In this document: positions 1-50,235 of the stretch, in pieces | Layout: each line of letters starts with the position of its first letter | How positions within the stretch are numbered: the stretch's first letter is position 1 | NCBI GenBank assembly: GCA_030141605.1 | Contig: JAQGDQ010000222.1 | Span: 304,006 to 368,005 of the forward strand | Reading direction: 5' to 3' | From: Tubiluchus corallicola | Taxonomy: Eukaryota; Animalia; Priapulida | DNA length: 64,000 nucleotides | The notes under the pieces: model-generated | Told to the model about the DNA's origin: nothing | Databases searched by the model: none | Seen by the model: only the letters and a program-made list of their open reading frames with translations | Position numbers and translations under genes: made by a program

Positions 1-1440
1 CTTACCTTTTTACTTATCCGCACGAAGAAAGTTATTAGTATCAGGAAAAAGAAGTGTGAGATTCCTTGTACAGTGTACAATTCAAACTTAATAACAGTCA
101 TTAAAGTACATTAAACATACCGGTCCATAGAACAGCCTGGTATAGTCTTTTATCAAATGTTTTAGTAAAATTTCAATAAGCAAAGAAATAACCCCACATG
201 TATAACAAAAAAACAAAATTAACAAAACAATTAACATACAAAAACAATACGTTTACAATTGATGTATAAAATGAATATTATTAGTAATATGCAACATCAT
301 TAAAACAATTAATGAAACACTATTTGCAGTAATTAAAAAATCCTAAATTATATTGAATACAAGCCTACCAGCCAAAATTACCTAAATGATCTATTGTATA
401 ATGAGCCTTAGAGGGCGAGTAGGTATTTAATGTCGTTTAGGTTGTTCTTAAATGAATGTAATCAATTTGGAGTTTCAGCAACCTATCTACAAGGAAGCCA
501 TTTTCTGTCTAACCGTTCTATCAAGTAAAGAGGTAGCCGTAATAACAGAATTTAGCTACATTCGTACTTTATCTGTTGAGTTGATACTTGAGCAAAAGCA
601 GCAACGTTATTGTACTGAGACAGTCCTGACTTTTTCTGCTTTGATAATATTTAAATGAAATTAATAAAATATATAGCAAAACATTGCAGAATTTCTGGTT
701 TTTACGAAATCCTATTTTAATTCCATGGAGGTCAAGCAAGCAAACGGGTTGCTATAAAACATTCTGAACATATGTTTTTTTAATGGTAAATGTTACTAAA
801 AAACAAAATTTAGAATGTTTCCTGGTTTGACATGCGCTTAAGACATGGTTTTGTATAAAAAATGATTTTAATATGCATACACATTTGGCCATAAAAAAGT
901 TGGTTTGAGTGTATTTTCGCCAGAATTTTTGTCGTTATATTTTACAGTAATTATTTACTCATAAACACAATTAAATTTTAATTTATGCAGTCTGGAAGCC
1001 AAAAGCATTTTACTTGATCAAGGAGGTAAATTAATTTTAGATCTGTTCCTTTACTCAAATAAGGGAGGTGAATGGCCCTAGGGGTCGCTAATGCAAGGCT
1101 CACATAAAAATTACAGTATCATTTTAACAGTCTTCCCATCAGGAGCATTTGAACTACTTTTTAGAGCTTAGCAATTTATTAACAAATTATAGTTTGCTCG
1201 TAACTTGCGAGTTACATAAGTTTAAAAGATCAGTACAGCAGCCATTAAAAGACTCTGTAATTAAAGAAGCTTGCCGGTAATTCTCTTGTATGCCACTTTG
1301 TTTTTAAAATAAACGGCGTCGAATTGTTTAGCATAATATAATCGATAGGCCCATAGCAGTAATTTAATATCGTTTGTCTTTGCCTTTTTACTCTAGTTAC
1401 CCTAGAGGTTTACGAAACTTTTATCACCATCAGACGAATT

Positions 1441-1446
1441 TTTATT
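1441..1446 (-). promoter_or_regulatory. Candidate polyadenylation signal AATAAA
   Basis: tttatt on + strand about 90 nt past the stop codon; the hexamer is common in this AT-rich DNA. Confidence 0.3.
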
Positions 1447-1531
1447 AAACCAATAGCATTTAATAACTTTAGGAGAGTCTTTTTTGTCCAACAGATGTCA
1501 CTGTGTGACTGAATTTTTCCTTGCGACTATC

Positions 1532-38652
<37,121 letters not shown>

Positions 38653-41339
38653 CTTCACAACCAAATTTAAGAATTTCAGTTCTCAATTTAAGGCCAGCTC
38701 ATGGCATACACGAATACCAGAAATCGTCACACAAAATTGTCAACCATATAATCGCTTCCTTCGCCAGATATGCTGCAATTATAATTATTCACATAGAAGA
38801 AACGGAACCAAAACATCACGCAATGGAAAAATTGGTTACAACCTAGCAACACAACAAACACAACATGATCTTTGTTAGGGTTTGTTCATGATAAATTAAA
38901 ACTTTATGCACTATGTGAATAACTTCTTTAAACTGAAAAAATGTGCTATATAAACCACTTAAATTATGCGTGTGAACAAAACGAGGTTAGCCTTGTAAGT
39001 CTGAACATCACCAGCGCTACAAAAGTCAGAATAAGCTATCCGCCACCCGGGCTACTGTAACATATCTTATACATTATCCAGCCCGGGGGAGTAGAAAAAG
39101 TTGACTCGCAGAACTTTTGTACACCTTTCTCCTACAAAAGGAGAACGTCTGCCCGTGTAGAGAACAAATTGTAAGGTAGAAATTCCTTTTATTATTCGTT
39201 AAATTCGTTCACAAGCTTTTGCTAATATTGCAAACTTGCGTACCCCTACTGCAAAAACATTGGTTTTGTCCTCACTTATGTTTGCTCCTAATTACCATAT
39301 CGTTAATCGGTAGCGTAAACCCACTTGTTCTGTTCCACTAACCAATACACACTTTTCCAAAATGCATCGCGGCCTATTCAGCAAAAATTCCGTAAAACAA
39401 ATAACCCATTTTTACATAAAATAAACGCTGTCGGCGTCAACTGACGCATTTGCGGGTTCTTATTGTTAGTTTGTTGTTTTCAATACGAATATTACCGAGC
39501 GGCCATAAAAACAAAATTACTTTTGAGAGCGCCAAGTCTGAGTTTTGCTGAAACAAATGCTAGACTCTCATTTGAATGCGGGTTGGCGTATCACCTTGGC
39601 ACTTCAAATGTGTTTTAGTCATTTGCTTGCAATGCAAAATTTTATTTCTGCTTGAAAATAAATCGCTCCATATAAATCTGCTATGTGTGTGAAAGACCGA
39701 AAGTAGCATACCGACACACTGTCATGACTACAGAAGGGAAGCTTTCCTCGTTTTTTTAGCAATTTCACTGTTAAATCGCTAATGTAGCCCTTTTATTCTT
39801 AATTTTACATTGCACATACGTACAGTGCTTGTCTACATACAAAATTTCGATGCATCTCGTTTTTCTCTAGAGTTAATTTAATTTAATCTTTTTGTTGTTG
39901 AAGGAATCCTTACAAAAGCGCATGTTCGTTAATGCCAATTTTGACAAGATCTTTAAAAAATATGTAATACCAAAGTTCTTGTTTATATCCAAGTTTTGGA
40001 CTTGCGGCCATGTTCAGTAGCTTCCTTGGTAACGTAACAGACGCTCACTGGAGCTTAAGGATTGGACATATGATTTTTCCCATTTTACGTTGTTCATTAC
40101 AAATTATCTGACTTAAAAATCAACAGAGAGGCTGCAATATAAAAAAATGTTTTACATTACTGAGAATTGATCCCGAAATTTTTCATAAAATCGGAAATTT
40201 GCCTAATGAAAAACCAAACCAAGCACACTTGTTAGGTAGCCTTTGAACTTGTTTGGTCAACCGCTGCTTTCCTACATTGAAACATTTTGTGACCTTTTTG
40301 AATGGCCAACGTTTAACTAAATACGTAATTATATGTGGTCCATGAAAATGTTTAAACAGAAAATTGTCAATCTTTTGACCACGAAAACGGTCAATATTAG
40401 ATTAGGGTTAGACAAATTGGGGGTGTATCTTAACTGCAAAATGTTCTGTGACCCTTAACTATTGATTTTGCGCAGTTTTGTAAGCAAAGTGTAAGTATTA
40501 GCCACATTGTGAGCAATCTGCATGCACGAAACGCAGCGTAGTGTTTTGTAAAAAAACTGTGCTGTTTAACTGGCATAGGCCCTGTTGGCCATAATATCCT
40601 GTCATTCTTCCGGCAGTGATCGTACATAATATCCTCCAACCACATCTCTTATGTACATTATTGGCATTATATCCAGCTCGTTCTTTAATACCGTAATGAA
40701 AGATAATTTGCGAAATATTGAAATATACAAACCATCCAAAATATCCACCAAGGTATTTTATAAAGTTTTTATACATAACGACCGTTAAAAACATTAGTGG
40801 GTTCACGCGGGAAATGGAACTGACTGGCATTTTTTGCTAAAAGTGAGCAACATGGTCATTTAACCATGCTAAATCCGAAATAGCTGTTTAAATCCAGCTA
40901 AATTTGTAAGCAATAGATAAAATGGCTGGTATTCAACCAAGAAAACATACATAACTGTTAATTCATCAATTTCGTCAAAAGCCTAAGTTTAAAGTAAAAA
41001 CACAATCATGCTTATCAATATGACCGTACGTACTAAATCCAAAAAAGTGTTTGCCTGTTCAGAAAGCAAATGAGTGCAAAAAGATAGAAGCAATGCTCAT
41101 GCTCTCTCATTTCCCAAAAAACATGGGGCATAACTTTTTATTTTAACGAGATTGGGTACTTGCTTGCACGGCCATAGAGGTATGAGAATAAAGCACTTTT
41201 GTGCTTTCCAAGACTATATGAACTTTAATTTTTTTCTTGTCTGCTATAACGCTTATTCAAAATTCGAGAAAAAAACACTTTTTCTTCCCATTTATTATAA
41301 AACAGTTTTTGAATTCCAACACTTTAACTGCTCGGAGAA

Positions 41340-41530
41340 TTAGTTACGCTATACTGCTTTTTATAATTTTACCCTAGAAATTCTCAGACTCGGGGCAGCC
41401 GCTGTAATACCGAGTTTTTTTTCACTCGGGCCACTAATCTGTGGAATTCTTTACTAGAAAATTTTTCCCTATTAACTACACCTTCATTCGCTTTAGTAAT
41501 AAGTTTAGAAGATACCACGATCACTGATTT
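41340..41530 (+). mobile_element. Degenerate CR1-type LINE 3' fragment
   Basis: Translates RCNTEFFFTRATNLWNSL, resembling the FF.R....WN.L terminal ORF2 motif. Confidence 0.45.
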
Positions 41531-42721
41531 AACTAAACACAGGTAAATTAATTAAAAGAATTTGATCTTTCTGGATCTTATATTCACATTCTTGCTCACA
41601 ACTGTATATTACTTTGAGTGGGTGCTTAAAAGCCACTTTGAAAAAGCCGATGACAGAAAGCAAATCTACTTAGAATGAAAATACCCGAAATGAATTTCTT
41701 AGGTCCAAATTGCTTGAAATCGATCATTAGTTACCTTTCAGTGTTACCTTTTTGATAATTCACACGTTTTTCAATACATTCGCCCAGTTGTTTGTGATTA
41801 GAAACCTTTTCTAAGTGGCTACAGCTAGCAACTACATTTTTGGTCAAGCTGACAAGACTCTGGCAGTACTGCCAAATTTAGAAAAAGAAAACCATTAGGA
41901 AGACATATTCTCTGCAACACTTCTGTGTACTTTTACAAGAACTCTGCAAAGAATGATACAAAGTTCGTACAATGTTGAGGCATTCATTTATTTATCAGAT
42001 CGGTTTTAAATGTACGACCATATCAAATCTGTTAATGTATTGATAAAAATAAGTCTGAGTTCCCAGCATATTATTGACAGTTGTATCTTTATTCTAATTT
42101 AGGAAATTAATTTAGAAAAACCTTTGTGGCTCGCTTTTTACTTGCCGCCAGTTGCTTATATAATAATAAGGCTAATGAAGGGATAGTTGTGAGATGACCA
42201 TGAACTGTGCCAAGTCATCTTCCATGCAACAACCGCCACAGCTGTGAACGCAAACAGTTAAAAACAAAACGATGGGAAAAATCACTTTGAACTTTATTTG
42301 CTGACATATCATGAGTCGTTACTGGTAAACTAATGAGCTGACATAAATAACTAATCCAACAAAGCGTAATGTATAGACGTATAACAAATGATTTAACAAA
42401 CATAATTAGGCTAATTAGTTGATTTTAATCTATTAACCTTGTTTCTCGAAAACGACCTTGTTGCCTTGTGGGCTCAAGACGTGCCAAATTTACCCTTTGT
42501 TGGAAATATCAAGATGCGTCTAACAAACATATATAGATGCAAAATTTATACTAGAGGCAATTGCAAAGAGGTGACTTACTGAAGAGTTGACCGTTGTTTC
42601 TTTTATGAACTTGAGCTTAGCTTTTATTATTTTTTGCTTTCAACTTTTTATCGGTGTTCTCTTTGTTTCTTCGAAATTTAAAGAAGTGCTGATAAAAACG
42701 TCGCACTATATTTTATGTGAA

Positions 42722-42786
42722 AAGAGAGGAGAAGAGAGTGAGAAGAAGACAAGAGAGGAGGAAATGAGAGGAGAGGAGAGGAGAGG

Positions 42787-42836
<50 letters not shown>
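42722..42836. repeat. (GAGAG)n/(GA)n microsatellite
   Basis: Read directly. Confidence 0.95.
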
Positions 42837-42839
<3 letters not shown>

Positions 42840-43844
42840 TGTAACCATTATGCAAATACTTATACATGGTAAGCGCAATTCATAAATTGTAAATTAATAT
42901 GGCTCTGGAATAATTACTGAACTTTGCATCTTGTTTAACTACACGATTAACTGGTTTGTTGGGAATAACTCGTTAATTGTTTACTATTCATTGCGGAATA
43001 ACTAAAAGGTCTTCAAAACATCATCTTGCAGTAATTAACAAAAGTTTTGCGGAAAATAAAGGTAAGGTATGTGTGTTTTCACCTTGCTAACACAACGCTG
43101 GCATGTTATCACGACAAATGAACAGGTATTGATATTAAAAAAGAGTTCTCTCGCAGGGCAAATGTGAATCACCCCCCCCCCCCCCCAAGAAAGTAGAAAT
43201 GCACTTCCAGATACGAAAACAAACACACGTCTATTGATCATTAGCATTTCCAGAATTTCCAGTACTTGACGACAGCGATTAGAAACTGATAACAATGTTT
43301 ACTGGCTAGTTTACCTATAATAAATAAAACTGGAGTAAATATGGCCAAACCAGGTAGACTAGGCTGACTACAACATATCACAAATCTCAACATTCAACTT
43401 ATTCTTGCGCCCTTATAAAATTTATAAATTAGTCACAAAACAGGCAGAAAACTGTTATTTCCTGTATCTTTGGGTTATATATAAAACTCCTTAGTGTTAT
43501 TATGAATAATTCTTATGTATTTTGCAGCCACCAAATTGAATAAGTTAGCAATCCAACCTAATCTAATCTAGGCTAACCTAGCATAACCTAAGCTAATTTA
43601 ATCTAACTCAGTCTAATCTAATCTAATCCATAGTCAATTTCAGGACTAGCCCATCTTAATCTAATCGATTTTAATTCAATGCATTACATTCCACTTCAGT
43701 TTAACTTAGCTTAATCCAATCAGATGTACAAGCAAAGTTGAAAAAAGTCATTAAACTTCTTAACTGATAGCTTGTTAACCCGACTGGCTAATTCACTGGT
43801 TAATTAATTAAGTGGCCAACCAACTCGGTATGACGCGCATTATT

Positions 43845-44310
43845 TTTTATTTAAAAGAGGTGTATAAGATCGTGCATAAGCTGGTACATTTGAATTTTGA
43901 AGATTTCTTCACTTTTGCTCCCATACATTTGCGAAGACATAACTATCAACTTTTCATCAATTATTCTAGGTTGAACTTGTATAAATATGCTTTTCCAAAC
44001 AGAATTTGTAGTAAATGGAATGACCTCAGTTATGACATTGTCAATTCATTCAGTCTGTCAGTTTTTAGTAGGAAGCTAGCCAAAACTTGCTTGTTAATCA
44101 AAATCGCAAATTTAATTGATTTGTATTAAACTTTAATACCCGAATTCAATGATCTCTCCCAATTTTGATTAATTTACACTTTGTATATGTTTATTGATTT
44201 TTTATTTTATCGCATTTTTAATGTAAATTAGAGCCAGTCTCATCTTTTATAAAGTAATGTACGTTTGATAAATGTTCTTAATAAAATAAAATAATAAAAT
44301 AAATAATAAT
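43845..44310 (+). mobile_element. CR1-type LINE 3' end (ORF2 C-terminus, 3' UTR and AAAT-like tail)
   Basis: VYKIVHKL..FEDFF..LRRHNYQL..SRLNLYKYAFPNRICSKWNDLSYDIVNSFSLSVFSRKL; tail aataaaataaaataataaaataaataataat near 44280-44310. Confidence 0.85.
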
Positions 44311-45522
44311 GTATCCTATGTTGCACTGTGCATGTTAGTAAAAATCGTGTTGCAACTGTTTATATATGTTTAGAATGTAAAGATCCACTAGTTGCAGTGC
44401 CCTGAGTTGATAATGTTTAAACCAGTTTACGCGAACAGCCCCATTCATTCAGTAAAGTTAATAATATCGTAAAAAAACCACTGGAGTTAACAGTTAGCGT
44501 ACTTTCATTTGGTTTTTGGGGCTTAATCCAATGCTTCACGTGATTCACAAATATCAAACAACAACTAGATATTCCAATATAAATCCATGCCGTAAACGGC
44601 GACTACAGACTAAATGCTCTAGCTAAACATTATATGCCATGCTACTTCAAAAAATTAAATAAAAAACGATAGTCTCTTACCCTTTCTTTCAGTGTTTTGA
44701 GAGAAGTCAATGTCACAGATTTTCCAGGTGCATAATCAGCACACACACGTTCTGTGGTTCTCTCGTTCACTGAACAACCAGCAAAACAGTTAAGTAGCTC
44801 CATAATCAATTTTAATTTCAGGGTTCGTGCTACTTCGCTTGACACGAGACAAAGTTGGTAATTATTGGTAACTTATCTACCAAAAAACTAGAACAGCCAT
44901 GTAGTTAAATGAGACAGACAAATTCGCTCATCTTTAGCAAAACCGGTAGTAAGTCTGCAATTAATTCGTGTCAACGTTTCGCCCCAGAAAAACGTATTTT
45001 CAGTCGTACGTGTATCTGTCCGAATATGTTCCTTTATGTAATAAGCTGATCTCTCCTGTGATTGTACCCCGCCGTTTACGGCATGGATTTATATTAGAAT
45101 ATCTAGTTGTTGTTTGATATTTGTGAATCACGTGAAGCATTGGATTAAGCCCCAAAAACCAAATGAAAGTACGCTAACTGTTAACTCCAGTGGTTTTTTC
45201 ACGATATTATTAACTTTACTGAATGAATGGGGCTGTTCGCGTAAACTGGTTTAAACATTATCAACTCAGGGCACTGCAACTAGTGGATCTTTACATTCTA
45301 AACATATATAAACAGTTGCAACACGATTTTTACTAACATGCACAGTGCAACATAGGATACATTATTATTTATTTTATTATTTTATTTTATTAAGAACATT
45401 TATAAAACGTACATTACTTTATAAAAGATGAGACTGGCTCTAATTTACATTAAAAATGCGATAAAATAAAAAATCAATAAACATATACAAAGTGTAAATT
45501 AATCAAAATTGGGAGAGATCAT
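44149..45522. repeat. Inverted duplication: 453-bp arms (44149-44601 and 45070-45522) around a 468-bp spacer
   Basis: Arms are reverse complements end to end; I saw three single-base mismatches. Confidence 0.95.
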
Positions 45523-45879
45523 AATTTCACCTTTTCACTTGTTGCTGCCCTTCATATAGTACACTAGTAATGAAACTAAAATCTTTTGTGTATTCAGATG
45601 ACAACTTGCATAGATTCAACGGTCACAAATGCAGTTCTTTGTGTACTCCAAAAATATCCTATAATAAAAATACATAATTACAGTCACAGTGTTGAAATTA
45701 AATCTCAAGCATTTATGTTCTAGTTCTTTAGTTTTACAAAGAACAAAATCCGAATATTATAATTAGTTTTAGAATACTTAGGTGAGGCCAAGTAATAACC
45801 CCTGAAAGGCCAGGATGTTCGGTAATGTCTGGCACAAAGGCCTACTTCACACAATGTGTCACAGGTAGCAATACGCTGT

Positions 45880-46330
45880 CCATTATTTCACCATTTCTCA
45901 TTTGTCACTTATGCTGATGATACTGTTTATGATATTATGATGACGTTCATCCCCCACTGGCCAACTTTAATTAGAAGTCCCTTACATGTTTGAAAAAGAT
46001 CGTGGATTGACTTTGAACTGGTCCCATAGTAGACTTGTGTCAATTATATTCTTTACTCAAGGCCTACATACAAGAAAGTTGATTTTTTTCTGAACAGGCT
46101 TACGTCCGTTTACTTGGCCTTGACTTGACTTCCGATTTTGGATGTGAGTATGTCCTACACATTTTGCCGAAAGTGAAATGTCTTGCCAAACTCTATCTTT
46201 GCAATTCAACTATATCTAACCTCGCATGAAGTACTGCAGCCATCTTACTGTCTTGACAAAATTAATTACTGATCTGGTTGGGCAAACCAGATTTGGATAC
46301 AGCAATCTCTCGCTCAATGAAAGTTATCTC
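45880..46330 (+). mobile_element. Highly decayed CR1-like RT fragment
   Basis: TYADDT near 45907-45925, then VRLLGLDLTSDF, a KYCSH remnant and LDKI in the expected order, with many indels. Confidence 0.5.
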
Positions 46331-47582
46331 CAGTGAACTGGTTTATCATTATACTTTTATAAAAACAATCCCTTCATGATCTCTGATCTTTAATCACTAA
46401 ACACCAACAATTTGCTAGAAGTACTCACTTTACTTCTGCGCCCGACGTTCTTAAATACAGTCTTATATATATATGGGATTCATTACCAGAACATTTTAGC
46501 TGCGAACGGCAACATCATTTTTTTGCTTCAAGCCCTAACAAAACAGATATGCCTTGTCATTAGTAAATTAAATATAAGAATTGCATGTTTTTAAGCTTGT
46601 ATTCTCATTTTTACCTTGTAATTGTAGCTCCTTTTTTTCTTCGGAAAATTTCTGTATCTTGCTGTTCGGGCTCGTTCTCTTACGTAATAAGCTTATCTAA
46701 TCTTGTGAATGTAATAATTACGGCTTTTCAACTATCTCTGTCGTTCAAGCAAAAAATCATTTGTATAATCAATATTCAGGTGGCAACTTGCATAGATTCA
46801 GCGCTCACTAGTGCAGAGTTCTTTTGTACATAGACTATCCTATAATAAGAATAATAGATAAATAATGAATACATAATTATAATTTCTTTATTTAAATTTA
46901 ATTGAAATTTTTTAAATTTTTGTTCGTTGTTTTTACAGGATTTCTGGTATTGTCATTTTCACTTTGTAATTGTAACTCCTTATTTTGAAACTCCCACGGG
47001 CGTTGTTTAACGTGATTTGCATAAAAAAGTCATATAAGTTTATTTATCATCATTACAACCAAAAAGCTGAATTACAGTACAGCATAAAATTGCAATATAA
47101 AATTTTTAAAAAGAATAAGCAAGGTAGAATATACAGCAACAAGCACTATTACACTGTTACAAGATACATGAACGAAATAAATTAAAATTAAATGAGTCAA
47201 ACTTATGTTTGGAAATTAAATAAGCCATATGGGATAAAACTGTTCTTGGGTCTCTCTATTTTGCATCTAGCTAAGGGGTATTCCATATGGTGGCGAGTAC
47301 TATATCTGTGAGTATGGGCATCTGGCAATAGAGTGTGGATTTTATTATTTGGATTTTGAATTGATAAGAACAACTTTTTGCAAGAATTTTGGCGACAGTT
47401 AAATAAATGTTGAAGATTGGCCACAATTAGAGCATTTGCATAGTTTTCATTCGGAAATTTTTTTCCAATGAGCGCTGTTGAACTGTTTCTAACAAATCAA
47501 AGAGATACTGGGAAAGAGACGAGTGCCCGACAAGCGTATTCAGCAACTGGTCTAATCACGGTGCAGTACATTTTTATCATAG

Positions 47583-49192
47583 TGTTACGAAGGCGAAATG
47601 CCCTTTATTTTCGACCCTCCCCCTCTACATTGTGATGGTTTCATAAATTACGAAGCCATTGCATATCAGCGTTGCATAGCAGCTATAAGTAGCCGGTATG
47701 GAATGGCCTCGTCGGTTCAGTGGGCTCACGGGCAGGTGTGTCTTCCATTTCAGCACCTGTTCCGTATTGACAACCGGCATGGAGTACGATAGGGTAAACG
47801 TCTGGCATGTTACTTAAAACTCAGTAATTTTACTATTACGACTGTTGTTTTACGTTTTCTTCTGTAATGTTACGTTTTAAGTATGCGACAATCAGTACCA
47901 TCCGCCCTTCGTTACATTGGTGGCCAGTACGGGGGGCAGTAGTCCTAAGCTGTCCCCAGTGGATTCGAACTTGCAACCTTAAATCGGCAAAAGAACAGTA
48001 CCGAAACGCCGCTATGACATGGAACCACTGTGCAGTACGACGGTTTTCTTTCATCGTCGCCGGTAGCTGTGATTTGTGGTGGGTTCACAACACATCATAG
48101 TTGGTTCTTCATAAACCGGAGCTTTCAGTCCTCATTGACCTACAGTGGCCTCGTGATTTACTTACGAGGATATTGTCCTTGTATGCTGTATAACTATTTT
48201 CTGTGGCCTCATAGAGGAATGTTTTACCTACGAGGATGCTGTTCTAGTATGTTGTGGATAGATGTCGATTTTAAAGTGTATGGTACAAAGTGCAGTCTGT
48301 ACTTGATGTAGCAGCACATGTACTGTTGTTTTTAAATTAATGATTGAATCTTGGAGAAAAGTTACGTCGATGTGTAGACGTATCGTGAGGTACAAAGTGT
48401 AGTCTGTTGCTGTAGTAGCACCTGGACTGCTACCCGATCTGCTATCGTCTCCAAGAAGAGGAACAACGAAAGAGGAGCTACATTTGTGGGTACAGTCCTT
48501 ACGAGCCTGCGGACCTATTCCAGCCATCTGGTTGAGGAACGCCCACCTTACAAGCGAGACGCACGTACTCGGACATCTCAACTTTCACGACGAATTCAAC
48601 TTTCACGGCATATTGAACCCCAGGAGTCTCCAGACCGCTTTCTGAATCCGGCCCGGACAGAACCAGCTCTCCGAGCCTTAAATGCAGTCATTGTCCAATT
48701 TTTTTTTTCATTTTTCGTAAGCGCTAAGCTCTTGTTAAAATGGCAAAAAAATTAGGCATTGTATAGCAGACAATTTGTACTCTTGTAAAACCTGTAAATT
48801 CATTTTTTTTCAATAAAAAACATTTCGTCTCCTGCGTGCTTTATTCTGGTTCGAGGACGAACCATTTTCTGTAGGAGGACAGTGTTACGAAGGCGAAATG
48901 CCCTTTTTTCGACCCTCCCCTCTACATTGTGATGGTTTCGTCCATTACGAAGCCATTGCATAGCAGCTATAAGTAGCCGGTATGGAATGGCCTCGTCGGT
49001 TCAGTGGGCTGACGGGCAGGTGCGTTTTCCATTTCAGCATCTGTTCCCTATTGACACCGGCATGGAGCACGATGGGGCAGACGTCTGGCATGTTACTTAA
49101 ACTCAGTAATTTTACTATTACTACTGCTGTTTTACGTTTTCTCCTCAAGTATGCGACAATCGGCGTATCAGCACCATCCGCTCTTCGTTACA
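47583..49192 (+). mobile_element. Non-autonomous LTR retrotransposon (TRIM-like, probably Gypsy-dependent), 1610 bp
   Basis: LTRs 47583-47916 and 48883-49192, both TGTTACG...CGTTACA; PBS at 47918; purine tract gtaggaggacag at 48871-48882; 4-bp TSD atag/atat; no gag or pol ORF inside. Confidence 0.92.
47918..47934 (+). promoter_or_regulatory. Primer-binding site complementary to the tRNA-Ile 3' end
   Basis: TGGTGGCCAGTACGGGG is the reverse complement of CCCCGTACTGGCCA-CCA, the 3' end I recall for animal tRNA-Ile(AAT); it lies 1 nt after the 5' LTR. Confidence 0.85.
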
Positions 49193-49838
49193 ATATCTTT
49201 AGAAGACGTCCCAGCTCTTTTCATTAGTCGCAAAAAATAAAGTATTTTACTCGCTTATTATAAATTGAATGAACATGGATGCTCCACCTTAAATCTTTAG
49301 CTATCTCTATGCCTAAAAGTTTTACCGAATCAACTCTTTTACCTTCAAATTAGAGACGGTAATAGATGGATTATCAGGAGGCTTAGCCATGAAAATCACA
49401 ATCATTTCATTGAATTTAGGCATATTGAAATTTAGGTTATTAACATTTGCCCATTGTAATGCCTGATTAGCTGCGATTTGAATTTGAGATAATCAATAGA
49501 GGTACCAACTTCGAACATAGTCGTGACGTCAATATACTTGACATCATCACATATTGTGTATAAGTCGTTGATCATAGTAACGAACAGCGATCAATGATCA
49601 TAGAACAGTGATCAATTGGAAAAAAGCCTAACGAAGTCGCGCATTCTTCCGATATTGTAATAATTTTTGTGTAGGATGCACGTGGTTGATCCCTGGCATT
49701 AGAAAATTGCACCCAACTTTTAGCTGCGCCCTCTGGTGTATAGACCAGGTTTAGCCGCACCAATACACGAGCACCTTACTTGAAGTTCTCGAAATTATCG
49801 CAAAATCTGGTAACACTAGAACATACGGAGAATCGTGC

Positions 49839-49861
49839 TATTATTATTATTATTATTATTA

Positions 49862-49903
<42 letters not shown>
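49839..49903. repeat. (ATT)n microsatellite
   Basis: Read directly. Confidence 0.97.
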
Positions 49904-49904
<1 letters not shown>

Positions 49905-50077
49905 GGCACAAATGATGAAATTGTTCAAAGATGAATCAAATCTTCAATTAGCTACCAGTGATAGCTTATTAATTAATTAATTATTTAATTAATTAATTAA
50001 GTTCTCTTTTCCATGGACAGGTGACTCTGACAGACTGCGTGCAGACTAGTAGGAGATTTAGTCTTAAATGCTTTGCC

Positions 50078-50235
50078 ACGTGGGTTGATAGCTCAAATGT
50101 CTCGAGGGTGTTGCATAAACCACAAGATTGTGGTATCGAATCCTAATTGATCACTATTTTTCGGAGCCTTCCTGTTTCTATATTTGACTGCTGGATATAA
50201 TGCCCTCAATGTACACTGACGTCATTTGACAACTT
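50078..50235 (+). mobile_element. Possible decayed tRNA-derived SINE
   Basis: A-box-like tagctcaaatg and B-box-like ggtatcgaatcc at tRNA-like spacing; no intact cloverleaf. Confidence 0.35.

Larger units (their letters stand above)
47040..49575 (-). mobile_element. 5'-truncated CR1/L2-group LINE split by an LTR element (pieces 49193-49575 and 47040-47582)
   Basis: MINDL..KYIDVTT (decayed YVDD), VKLLGIEIAKDLRWSIHV, KRAGTSSKDM|IKMYCTVIRPVAEYAC, NPNNKIHTLLP..KNSFIPYGL. Confidence 0.9.

Noticed and set aside
47836-48755. Short ORFs inside the LTR element as gag or accessory genes
   Set aside because: No CCHC knuckle, protease, RT or integrase motif; they overlap on both strands as expected by chance in higher-GC DNA.
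50078-50150. Functional tRNA gene
   Set aside because: Only degenerate A/B-box-like motifs; the acceptor and anticodon stems do not pair.
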